NCBI GenBank assembly: GCA_937625935.1 | Contig: OW569371.1 | Location: forward strand, 415,055-479,054 | Length of the DNA stretch: 64,000 nucleotides | Source: Tetramitus jugosus | Taxonomy: Eukaryota; Protista; Heterolobosea | Direction: 5' to 3' | Part shown: one piece after another, positions 1-8,940 of the stretch | Layout: each line of letters begins with the position of its first letter | Position numbering within the stretch: the first letter of the stretch is position 1 | Notes under the pieces: generated by a model | What the model was told of the DNA's origin: nothing | Seen by the model: only the letters and a program-made list of their open reading frames with translations | Database searches by the model: none | Translations under genes and position numbers: made by a program

Positions 1-1045
1 TGTCTCGGTTACCCCAACCAGCAATGAACGGATTTCCTACGGATTCACAAGGGAACAGAGCCTTGATTGTTGAGAGCGTACTAATCTTAAACTCTGATGG
101 CATTTTCCATCTCATGATTGAATGACCTGACACTGGAGGCGTAATCACTGGACCCAGAGGCAAGGAAGACTCCCCTTGTCTCAACTTGTGAATGTAATCA
201 ATGGTTGAAGTTTCTTGATTGATGGATCGAACAGTCAGATACAATATCTTGTAACCCTTGCGTGTCATACCCTGAAACAAGTTGGCCACTCCGGGATGAG
301 CATACTGTCGACCTAGCCAACGTGTCGCGATTTGACCCTTGATGTCGCTCTTTGTAATGGTTCCATCAATATCACTCACAACAATCTTGTCCGCGTGTGA
401 CCAGAGAAACAAGCGACCACGTACGACTTCCCTTGTAACAGAGTTTACAAATTCGACCGTGTTCACCTCCTTGCTCCAATCAATTCTCTGAAGTAGCTCT
501 TGTGGAGGAGTTGTAAATTCTGAACCAAGCTTCTTCTGCATCGTATCAATATTTCTCTTCCAACGCTGCTTCACTCGTTGTTTGGTATGATTCGATACGT
601 TTCTGTAGTAACGAGAGTAGCGATTGCCACTGTTCAGTGCCGCTTGATCCTCATTTCCCATCATTGCAGAACATCCCAGTGAAATCTCTGACAACAAGGG
701 TTTTGTTCGATGAGCTGCTGTTTTTACGGCTCGACCAAATCGATCGTGTAGTGCTCCGTGAGTTCTAGGTGAAGGAGCCGGAGAAATTGAGCCATCTGAA
801 GAAAAGTCATTCGGAGTGACGACTTCAAGTACCTTCTTTTCAAACAATGCAAAGTGTTCATTGGCATGAAGTACCAATCGAGTTTCATCTTCCTCTCTAA
901 AATGAACGAGTTGACCGTTAATGTACACTTGGATGTAGTGCTTGTCTTCCTTGGAATCGGGCACATTCTCAAAGTACACAAAAAATGGAGAGCATCTGGG
1001 TTCACCATTCGGTTGCTTTACTACTATGATATCAATACAGGGCAT
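1..1045 (-). CDS. Lipin/Pah1-type phosphatidate phosphatase (NLIP + LNS2); 3' end runs off the window
   Basis: Not in the ORF track because there is no stop inside the window. Manual translation from ATG 1045 is open to base 1. It reads MPCIDIIVVKQPNGEPRCSPFFVYF (lipin N-domain), then IVVSDIDGTITKSD (HAD DxDxT motif), GYKILYLT and NPFIAGWGNRD. Confidence 0.9.
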   Translation of the reverse strand, partial: MPCIDIIVVKQPNGEPRCSPFFVYFENVPDSKEDKHYIQVYINGQLVHFREEDETRLVLHANEHFALFEKKVLEVVTPNDFSSDGSISPAPSPRTHGALHDRFGRAVKTAAHRTKPLLSEISLGCSAMMGNEDQAALNSGNRYSRYYRNVSNHTKQRVKQRWKRNIDTMQKKLGSEFTTPPQELLQRIDWSKEVNTVEFVNSVTREVVRGRLFLWSHADKIVVSDIDGTITKSDIKGQIATRWLGRQYAHPGVANLFQGMTRKGYKILYLTVRSINQETSTIDYIHKLRQGESSLPLGPVITPPVSGHSIMRWKMPSEFKISTLSTIKALFPCESVGNPFIAGWGNRD

Positions 1046-1501
1046 TTTCAATGTGTTGTTGATTTTTTGATTGTTGATTTTTGTTTCATACCAAAATACA
1101 ACGACTTTTCGGCTGTTAAACCCTGCCAAACAAAATTGAGACATGAAGTTGACTGGATTAAAAAAAGAAAGAAAAATATTTTGGATGTGCGACGGACTTA
1201 CGTAAATCACACGATCTTTTCGTCAGCTTTGGAAACTCGTAAACTCGAAGGAGCTTTTGGTTTCTTCTGACTCCGACCTCTTCTCATTAGGTCAAGGAGC
1301 TCTTCCCATTGACAATACGTTGAAGTTTCGAAACTCAGTTGTTTTATGTTTATTCCAAATTTTCACTTGACCTGTTCGTTAACAGAAGTTTACTGTTAAT
1401 TCATGTGTCCAACAAAAATCTTGTCTTCACTCACTCATTGGTCTGAATAACATAACACACAACTTCAATTTCAAAAAAATCAACAACACTTGACGGCAAA
1501 G

Positions 1502-2284
1502 ATGTACTACATCGATGTGTCGTTCAATGACCAAAAGTTTTGTCTTCAAGATGATGGCAATTCTTCTCTTGTTTCCATTCAAAGAAACATCGCCTCGAAG
1601 TTTTTCATGCTTGACATTTTAGGTTCATGGAAAACTTACAAGGATGAACCAGTTGATGCGGGACAACTCCTGATACGTACTTTGAAGGATTTAGGATTAA
1701 CTTCACTAAAGTTTGAAGACTCAAAAAACAAGTTCACCATGTTTTTGGATCTTTATGACGATTTTGTCAAGCCTTTCTCGGCTGTAAAATTTGATGATTC
1801 AGAGGAGGATACTAGTCCTGAAGCTTTGAGAATCAAGTATGCGCAGGACATAGAAGGTAATCAATCAACATTCTGTAACAATATGAATGTGGCTGCAAGC
1901 AATTTCAGCAGTTACGTAGATAAGGGTAAACAAAGATATGGGCCGAGAAAAGCATTGTCTGACTTTGACAGATATTCACCAATAACGAAGAAATACTTGT
2001 TGAACAATGATGCACAGAGAAGAGATCCAAACTTGAAGGATAGATATCTGAACAGTAATAGAGTTGCTGAATTATTTGAAAGAAGGTTGATTCAACTACA
2101 GCACTTGTTTCAAGAGATTACGGGATATGGAAAAAGCATTGGAAAACTTTCTTGGGTTGATGTGTTTGTGAAAGTGTCAGATAGAATGAATGATATAGAG
2201 AACCATTTGTATCATGATATCCATAGTGGATACGTGAGAATTGTTACCAGCAAGAGTGATGGAAAGCTTGCGAGTTGCCATTAG
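1502..2284 (+). CDS. Hypothetical protein, possibly the 5' part of a decayed longer gene
   Basis: 260-codon ORF from ATG 1502 after an A/C-rich leader. ORFs 2315..2533 and 2540.. continue in the same frame after in-frame stops. No family recognised. Confidence 0.55.
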   Translation: MYYIDVSFNDQKFCLQDDGNSSLVSIQRNIASKFFMLDILGSWKTYKDEPVDAGQLLIRTLKDLGLTSLKFEDSKNKFTMFLDLYDDFVKPFSAVKFDDSEEDTSPEALRIKYAQDIEGNQSTFCNNMNVAASNFSSYVDKGKQRYGPRKALSDFDRYSPITKKYLLNNDAQRRDPNLKDRYLNSNRVAELFERRLIQLQHLFQEITGYGKSIGKLSWVDVFVKVSDRMNDIENHLYHDIHSGYVRIVTSKSDGKLASCH

Positions 2285-2688
2285 TTGCAAGTTTTGCGTG
2301 AGAACCAATGAGACATGCAAATTACTTCTACTATTGGTGGTGTTATCAAGTTGGACAATACATACTATTGGCCTTCATGCGTCCATAGAGTACTTGAATT
2401 TGAGAAGGTTGACAAATACCTCGAACTAAGTTTGTTAAATTTGATGTTGGCATTTCATGCGAAGTCGTTGCATAAGTTGCATAAGAAGAGATCTCTTTAT
2501 AGACTCAACATCCAAAGAAGTAGATGTGAGTGAAGCGAATTGTTCGGTGGTCGAACCATATTATTCACTTTGTTGAAACAAATCCAGAGAAGCCCTGACT
2601 TTTCAAAAACATTGTCACAGATTTATTCGTTTTTGAAGTTAGTTCCAATACAGATACTTTATTGTGACTTACTTTTGAATCACACGAA

Positions 2689-5600
2689 CTACTCTTCACT
2701 TTGGTTGCCGATAAACGAGAAGGCACTTTCTGGCTCTTCTTCTGTTTCTTCAACCTCCTCTGATTCCGAACTCTTCTTCATAAAGTCAAAAGAGGAGGAT
2801 TCATCTGGCTCATTGTTATCTTGTACTTCTTCTGTCAAAGTATTTTCTTCTTCTCCTTCGTTATTGTCGTCATTCTTGATAAATGAGAAGGAAGAGGCTT
2901 CCTCTGGTTCTGAATGCTCATCTTCCTCCGATTGCTGTACATTCTCATGACTCTCTTCTTGTGACTCTGCTTCATCAACCTCACTTTCATTCTGGATAAA
3001 GGAGAAACTTGATGGCTCATTTTCCAATACAGCGCCACTGTGTTGGGTTTCTTCTTCATTGCCATTATTCTCTTGTTCTTCTGCAGGCTCCTTTGTCAGT
3101 TCTTCACTATTGTTTGGGATAGAGGAGTAGTATTGCTCTCCTTCCTGCTCAGTTGGTGACGACTCTTCTCTCTCTTCTTCTAATTGTACATCTATTAAAC
3201 TCTGAAGTTTGATTTGAACTTCGAGCAACTCCTTCTTTAGGGTCTGCGACTGTGTATCTAATATGTCACATTGATCATAATCAGCATTTTCAAGTGCTTC
3301 CTCCAAAGCAGCCTCCAATTTGCTAATTTGGACTGATAGTTCTTCCTGAAGTTGAATGAGATTCATCTTTGTGATCACAGGATCTTCCTCGTTAGTTTCC
3401 TGCTGTTCTTGTGGTTCTTCTTCTTTCTCTTCTTCTTTTTGTGGGACACTTGTGTATTGTTGGTATTCGTCGTGATCATCTTCATTATCATCCTCTCTCA
3501 ATTGGGTATCTGTTTCCTCTTGTGATAACTCCTCCTCAGCAACTTGTTCCTCTGTTTCTTCTTCCCCATCACTGTTATCCTCTGAGGCAAGTACTTTGTC
3601 AGTGAAACCCAGTCGAACCTTTGTACTGTTAATCAAGTCTTCATACTGATCGTCGTCCCATTGCAGAATGTCTCTAGATTCTTGAATTTCAGCTTCACAA
3701 ACTTGAGCAGCAGATGTTAAAATGTCTACGGCATCTCTAACAATAGCATCAGAGCTACTCATGACATCCTGAGAGAGTTCGGATATTACCTTAGACAACT
3801 CTAACCACTCTGGTACTAGAACATGCGATAAATATTCTTGAGCTCTGTCGTGTTGCATGTTTGTATACTTTTCGCGTAGAGAATCTAGCAGTGTTATGTT
3901 CTTCCTCAATGAGACATCCAGTAGAGACATCTTCTTCTCCAAATCTGCACTTTCAGGATCAATTTTCGCCAACTGTTCCTCCATCGTCTTGATACTCGAT
4001 TGGAATTGAGCTGCATCTTTAAACTTTCTGTTCAATACTGCAGTTGCCTTCTTGCTATTCAAATCAGGCAATTGTTCGTTCTCAATCTTGAACTTTCTAT
4101 CTCTCAACTCTTGCAGCTGGGCTTCACAAAGGTTCAACTCAGTTTGTAGATTTGATGTTTGCTTCTCGTGCTTTTGAAGCTCGAGGTGCATTTGCTGATT
4201 GTCAATCTCGGATTGCCCATGGCTCAAGTACTCAACTCGAACCTTTTGCAAACGAGCAATTAGCGACCTCCATGAAGTCACAGTCTCAATATCCCCAGTC
4301 AAGTTCTCAGCCAAATGTATCACTCTTTCCTTATCCTCCTGTTGCATGTTCCATTTTTGAACCTCAACCTCCCATTTGGCGGCAGCTTGAGCGTGCTTCT
4401 TCTTCTCGCTTTCCAGAAGACTTTTTCTGTTCTCTGTTTCTTGCTGCTCTTTTTCTAATAGTACAAGTTCTTCGCTGAACTTCTTCTCGTGCTGATCCAC
4501 GATACTCTTTGCAAGCTCAATGTTTTCGCTAACTGATTTGAATTGTCTCTTCTTTTCACGCAGCACTCGCTCCAACTCCTGTATCTCATTCTTCAACTCG
4601 ATTGCTTGTTGCTCAAAATTGCTAATCTTTGTACGTTCTGATTGTGTAGCATTATCAATCTGAGTTCTCAATCTATCCTTTCGCTTATTCATATTTTCGC
4701 TGTCCAAATCCAAAGATTGCTCTTGTCTCTGAATTCTCTCTCGTTCGTTGTTGATTCTTTCATCAGTTAAAGACTTTTTCACGTTCCAATCAGATAGCAA
4801 CAAACTAAAAGAGGAGTTGGTCTTCCGTATAAAATCGGTAATCAATCGGTTGGTGTTGTCAGTATTCGTATTGAGACCGGTCGAATAGGAGGAAGCGCTT
4901 GATCGATCCAAATTTGACAATTGCTCAAAACACTTGTTAAACTTTTCAGTAGCGCTCGATAGTTCTGTCCTCAATCGTGTCATTTCACTTCGCATGCTGC
5001 CCAATTGCTTCTCATATTCATCAGCCAACTCAAATTGCTCCTTTACGGTTGCTTCGTTCAATTTCTGCTCCAAATCTTGGGAAGATTGCTCCAAAGCAGA
5101 CAATGATTTTCTCAAATTTCTCTGGGATTGCAACAGAGACTGCTGCGACTGTAAGTTTTGTTTGGCAGGTTTCACAAACTGTGTTTGAAGTGAATCAGTG
5201 ACACTCTTTCTCAACACATCATAATTGTTTCGTATCCTGTTTCTCGCATCTTCCTCCTCCTTTTGCTTCAATCGTTTTTGTTCTTGCCTCTTCGCTTCTG
5301 CTTCCTCTTCCTTCTTCTTCTTTTGCAACCGCAATCGCTCCTCTTCTTCCTCCTGTTCTCTCTTCATCTTTTCTGCTTCATTTTCTCTCTGTTGAGCAGC
5401 AGGAGAGTGAATCACAAGTCCAGATAGTGAAATTCGATCATTTTCCTCTTCTTCATCATCCGATACTAATGATGACGATGACTCGTCGTTTCCATCTTCA
5501 CTCGTGGCTTGGTCATCAACATGTCTCTTGTTCATCGTCATACTACCCGTTGTCGCATCACTGCTTGCAACACCACTTGTCATACTCTTGTTACTGCTAC

Positions 5601-6417
5601 TGCTACTGTTGTTGTTCCACGCAGAAAGATGACTCTTAGTGCTACTAGCAGTTGCAGTAATGCCACGTGAAGTATGAGAAGTGGACGAAGAAGAAGAAGA
5701 AGAAGCTGTATTGACATCTTCTGAATCCAAATCCGATATTGAACTCATGTGACTCAACTTTGCACCAGTCATATGAGGAGAGTGACTCTGTTTTGATACT
5801 TGAGTTGGTGTTGTTGTGTCATTGCTATGATGAACACCAATTCCAATGACATTTCTAGCACCACCCTTTCTTCTCTTCTTTTGTGTCGATGATGATGACA
5901 ACGTCGACGAAGAAGAAGCAGAAGAATTGATCATTGATAAGCTTTCCTCACGAGAGCTGTTCATGACATTTGTCGGGACAGTAGGAGTTTTCGGAGAAAT
6001 AATATTGGCGCCATATTGTTTTTGGAAAGAATCGAGCATGGAAGGTCCGCTATCGTCACCTCCGTCATCATCATTTTCAGCGACAACCGTATTTTTCTTC
6101 AAAACACTCCTTGTTGCTGTAGCAGCTGCTGTTGTTGACTTTTTAGCTTTGAGAGGTTTAATTTCCATGGAAGAAAACATGTCATTACTGTTATCACCAA
6201 CCCCACCACCGCTCATCATGTTTTTATCACCATCTATTCCACTATCGCCCCATTGTGAACCTTCTGAAGAAGAAGCGGATTTGATGACTTGTGGTTGAGT
6301 GGTTGTTGGTGTGTTACTGTTGTTATTGTTGTTGTTGGTGGATGGAGAAGCAGAAGGCGATTCATATTTTTCTGGTGTGGTTGCAGCGGATGCCTTTTTG
6401 CCAAAGAGTGACCACAT
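2689..6417 (-). CDS. Large coiled-coil protein with low-complexity N-terminus, UVR-like helical hairpins and an acidic tail
   Basis: ORF 2689..6531; likely start MWSLFGKK at ATG 6417. Long heptad regions. UVR-like motifs LNEATVKEQFELADEY and LEEALENADYDQCDIL. Repeated SSFSFI/SSFDFM/SAFSFI motifs at the C-terminus. Confidence 0.8.
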   Translation of the reverse strand: MWSLFGKKASAATTPEKYESPSASPSTNNNNNNSNTPTTTQPQVIKSASSSEGSQWGDSGIDGDKNMMSGGGVGDNSNDMFSSMEIKPLKAKKSTTAAATATRSVLKKNTVVAENDDDGGDDSGPSMLDSFQKQYGANIISPKTPTVPTNVMNSSREESLSMINSSASSSSTLSSSSTQKKRRKGGARNVIGIGVHHSNDTTTPTQVSKQSHSPHMTGAKLSHMSSISDLDSEDVNTASSSSSSSTSHTSRGITATASSTKSHLSAWNNNSSSSSNKSMTSGVASSDATTGSMTMNKRHVDDQATSEDGNDESSSSLVSDDEEEENDRISLSGLVIHSPAAQQRENEAEKMKREQEEEEERLRLQKKKKEEEAEAKRQEQKRLKQKEEEDARNRIRNNYDVLRKSVTDSLQTQFVKPAKQNLQSQQSLLQSQRNLRKSLSALEQSSQDLEQKLNEATVKEQFELADEYEKQLGSMRSEMTRLRTELSSATEKFNKCFEQLSNLDRSSASSYSTGLNTNTDNTNRLITDFIRKTNSSFSLLLSDWNVKKSLTDERINNERERIQRQEQSLDLDSENMNKRKDRLRTQIDNATQSERTKISNFEQQAIELKNEIQELERVLREKKRQFKSVSENIELAKSIVDQHEKKFSEELVLLEKEQQETENRKSLLESEKKKHAQAAAKWEVEVQKWNMQQEDKERVIHLAENLTGDIETVTSWRSLIARLQKVRVEYLSHGQSEIDNQQMHLELQKHEKQTSNLQTELNLCEAQLQELRDRKFKIENEQLPDLNSKKATAVLNRKFKDAAQFQSSIKTMEEQLAKIDPESADLEKKMSLLDVSLRKNITLLDSLREKYTNMQHDRAQEYLSHVLVPEWLELSKVISELSQDVMSSSDAIVRDAVDILTSAAQVCEAEIQESRDILQWDDDQYEDLINSTKVRLGFTDKVLASEDNSDGEEETEEQVAEEELSQEETDTQLREDDNEDDHDEYQQYTSVPQKEEEKEEEPQEQQETNEEDPVITKMNLIQLQEELSVQISKLEAALEEALENADYDQCDILDTQSQTLKKELLEVQIKLQSLIDVQLEEEREESSPTEQEGEQYYSSIPNNSEELTKEPAEEQENNGNEEETQHSGAVLENEPSSFSFIQNESEVDEAESQEESHENVQQSEEDEHSEPEEASSFSFIKNDDNNEGEEENTLTEEVQDNNEPDESSSFDFMKKSSESEEVEETEEEPESAFSFIGNQSEE

Positions 6418-6706
6418 GATTTTCACCCGTTTGTTGTTGCTTGTTTGTTTGTTTGTTTGTTGTGTGAGCAGAAAACGTTTTGGATGTTGTTCAATGTTTT
6501 GGAAGGTGGAGAAATATTGGGATGTTCGCACTCTCGACAGAGCAACGAGAATCTGATTTTATGCAGCCAAAAAGAAGAACCACACAACTATCGTGGGCAG
6601 CTAGCTCAACAACAAACAAGAATGAAGCGAACATAATGTAGTTAGTTCACAACAAAAGACAAGACAAAAAAAATATCCCATGGTTCGCTGTTTTTTAATA
6701 TATAGT

Positions 6707-7289
6707 TTAAATCTTTGGGTTCACTGCAGGTGGGAATTCAATTCCAATCTTTTCAGAAGCACAAGCCTCAAACATCATTCTCTGTTGATAACACTTTTTC
6801 CACATAAAGTTCTTTCCTCTCAAGCAAGTCACATATTGTGTGAACAAGGCGCTGCATCCATTCTTTTCATCAAGATACTCGTTCGCTCTATACGTTGTAT
6901 TGTTTGTTCATGTCATTTCATCCATGCCGCAATTTTCGTATCAAACATTGTTCATCATCATTGAGCGTCGCCATCGTAGTCGTCATCACAAAAAATGTTG
7001 GCGCCACATCAAAACGCACGAAAAAAAAATCTTGTTAGCTTTCGCAGTTTTTTTCGACATGTGCACCACACACATATATAGAAAGAATGTTCAACATGAC
7101 CATAAAAACATACAGTTTAAAGGCACACTTTCTGCTCTCAATAGCTTCCTTCAAGCATTTTTCAGGATCTTGGTTCTTTGCTTTGCATGACAAGTAATTT
7201 GCGTTTTCATTTTTACAGTAGGTGACCAATCCGCTGGCTAATCCTGCCACAACAGCACTGCTATCGATTGTGAATTTTTCTGGGTTCAT
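6707..7289 (-). CDS. NDUFA8: NADH:ubiquinone oxidoreductase subunit A8 (twin CX9C); exons 7289-7114 and 6887-6707
   Basis: Spliced by hand across a GTATGT...TATAG intron (7113-6888). Product: MNPEKFTIDSSAVV...YCKNENANYLSCKAKNQDPEKCLKEAIESRKCAFKL|ANEYLDEKNGCSALFTQYVTCLRGKNFMWKKCYQQRMMFEACASEKIGI. Four CX9C pairs and the DPxxCLxE signature. Confidence 0.88.
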
Positions 7290-7594
7290 TTTTGCTTGGG
7301 TGTCTGATGAAGATTTTGGGTTCTTGTTGTTGGGCGCAATGGAGAAAATTTTTTTATTGACTTTACAAAAGTGATAAGGGTGAAGTTTCAATCGGTGGTC
7401 TAATTCTCCTATATCACTGGTTCTTCTTGTAGCTCTCTTGGCCTGCTTGACTCACAAGCCATAAGATCCTTGACAGCAACCTCCTTCAGCGGGAGATATC
7501 CTCCAAAGATCCATCATGACTGATCTTTTAGGATTCAAACTGTGTATTGGAGAACTATGATCATCACGGAGACAAAACGCAAAAAAACCAAAGC

Positions 7595-8138
7595 ATGAAT
7601 CGCTCAGTTGTGCGCAGCCAAACAGGCACACCTGTTGTGCATAGCTCCTCAGCTCCAGAGATGCTCCCGAGTATGGAACCAACTCGGCCCAGGCCCGCCA
7701 CCAAATTACTGTTTGTAGAGGATCCCTCTCCCACGAGCAATAATCTTGTTCAATCAAATGCAGCTCAACAGACAGTTTCTGATACTGTTGCTTTAACAGA
7801 ACAACCGACAAAGACACTTCAATTTGTTCATCCTTCGCGATTCATCTGTGAGAAGTGTGGTTGTACAGGTAAAGTACTTTTCTCTCTCTCTGTGAAGTCA
7901 TCTTTTTTTTTTTGAGTGAAACAAAAGGAATTGTAAAGTGTAAGTTTCTAACGACAACAATATTTTCTCAGAGTATCACACGGGAGAAATACGAAGTTCA
8001 TCTGGCTTCCTTACAAAAATATTCAATGTAGATAGCAACAGATACTATACTTTAACATGTTCTGGATGTGGGTTTACTCAAATGTTTCGGACTCAACAGT
8101 CCATGTTGGCCAACTTGATTGACATTGTCATTCGATAA
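7595..8138 (+). CDS. Zn-ribbon protein of the DUF2082 (zinc_ribbon_13) type with a low-complexity N-terminal extension; intron 7869-7971
   Basis: GTAAAG...TTCTAAC...TCTCAG intron joins FICEKCGCT to EYHTGEIRSSSGFLTKIFNVDSNRYYTLTCSGCGFTQMFRTQQSMLANLIDIVIR*. This matches the CxxC-Y-EIR-G-L-KIFxV-CxxCGxT pattern of DUF2082. Confidence 0.75.
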
Positions 8139-8202
8139 AATCATTTACTACAACAGTACTACATTATAGTTTTGCACCACATTTATTGGTTTCATATCAC
8201 AT

Positions 8203-8844
8203 TTATTTTACATTCTTTGTTGGCAACGTAGCATAGCGCCCATCTAGATTCCGATAGACGGCATGCTTCTGAACCTTGAACCAATGATCCATGAATTCCA
8301 AGGAAGACATGGAAAATAGGAGACCTGATCGTAACAAATAATACAAATGAAGACTATCACTGCAACCTTGATTTCCACAAAATTGGGCTGCAAATTCTCT
8401 CTCTTGTCGTACAGTCTTTTGTCTCTGAACTTCAGCCGAATGAGTGGGTTCAATCCGCTCTGGCCAAAGAGAAGGCATGAATCGTTCTTGTGCTTCATAA
8501 AATCTTCTCTCCTGTTCATCTCTCAAATCACACATGCTGTCGCACAATTCATCTTCAGTTTTCCGTACAAAAAAACACGAAGTTTGAGTCAACCAACCAA
8601 ACGGATACAACTCCTTCTCAAAAACTTTGTTCATCACGTCTCTTGCCGTAATAATCTCATATTTTAGAATCTTATCCTTGTGTCCATGATATCCAAAGGG
8701 AACAATAGTGCAGTTGTCCAACAGAATCGATTGATAAGAGTGCAAGAAATCTCTAATTTGCTTGGATCTATGATCAGATGTTCTCCTTCTCGATTCAGGT
8801 TTCTTCTCTTCTGTGACTTCTTCCTCGTTGGCTTTCTCTGGCAT
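8203..8844 (-). CDS. Hypothetical protein (213 aa)
   Basis: ATG-initiated ORF filling the gap between two genes; stop codon overlaps AATAAA. No family recognised. Confidence 0.65.
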   Translation of the reverse strand: MPEKANEEEVTEEKKPESRRRTSDHRSKQIRDFLHSYQSILLDNCTIVPFGYHGHKDKILKYEIITARDVMNKVFEKELYPFGWLTQTSCFFVRKTEDELCDSMCDLRDEQERRFYEAQERFMPSLWPERIEPTHSAEVQRQKTVRQEREFAAQFCGNQGCSDSLHLYYLLRSGLLFSMSSLEFMDHWFKVQKHAVYRNLDGRYATLPTKNVK

Positions 8845-8940
8845 TTTTTTGATCTCTTTTTGCCAGTGTTTGTTGCTTTTTTCTTGTTTGGACTGATGAT
8901 GATCTGAGAGTGATGATCTATCAAAACTATGGTTTTTATT

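Noticed and set aside
724-1270. ORFs 724..1008 (-) and 854..1270 (+)
   Set aside because: Out-of-frame and antisense shadows of the lipin gene, whose true frame starts at 1045.
6888-7113. Possible C/D snoRNA in the relatively long NDUFA8 intron (GTGATGA and ATGATGA boxes)
   Set aside because: No CTGA D box or terminal stem found downstream.
7035-7391. 118-aa ORF as a complete protein
   Set aside because: It is NDUFA8 exon 1 plus upstream and intron read-through.
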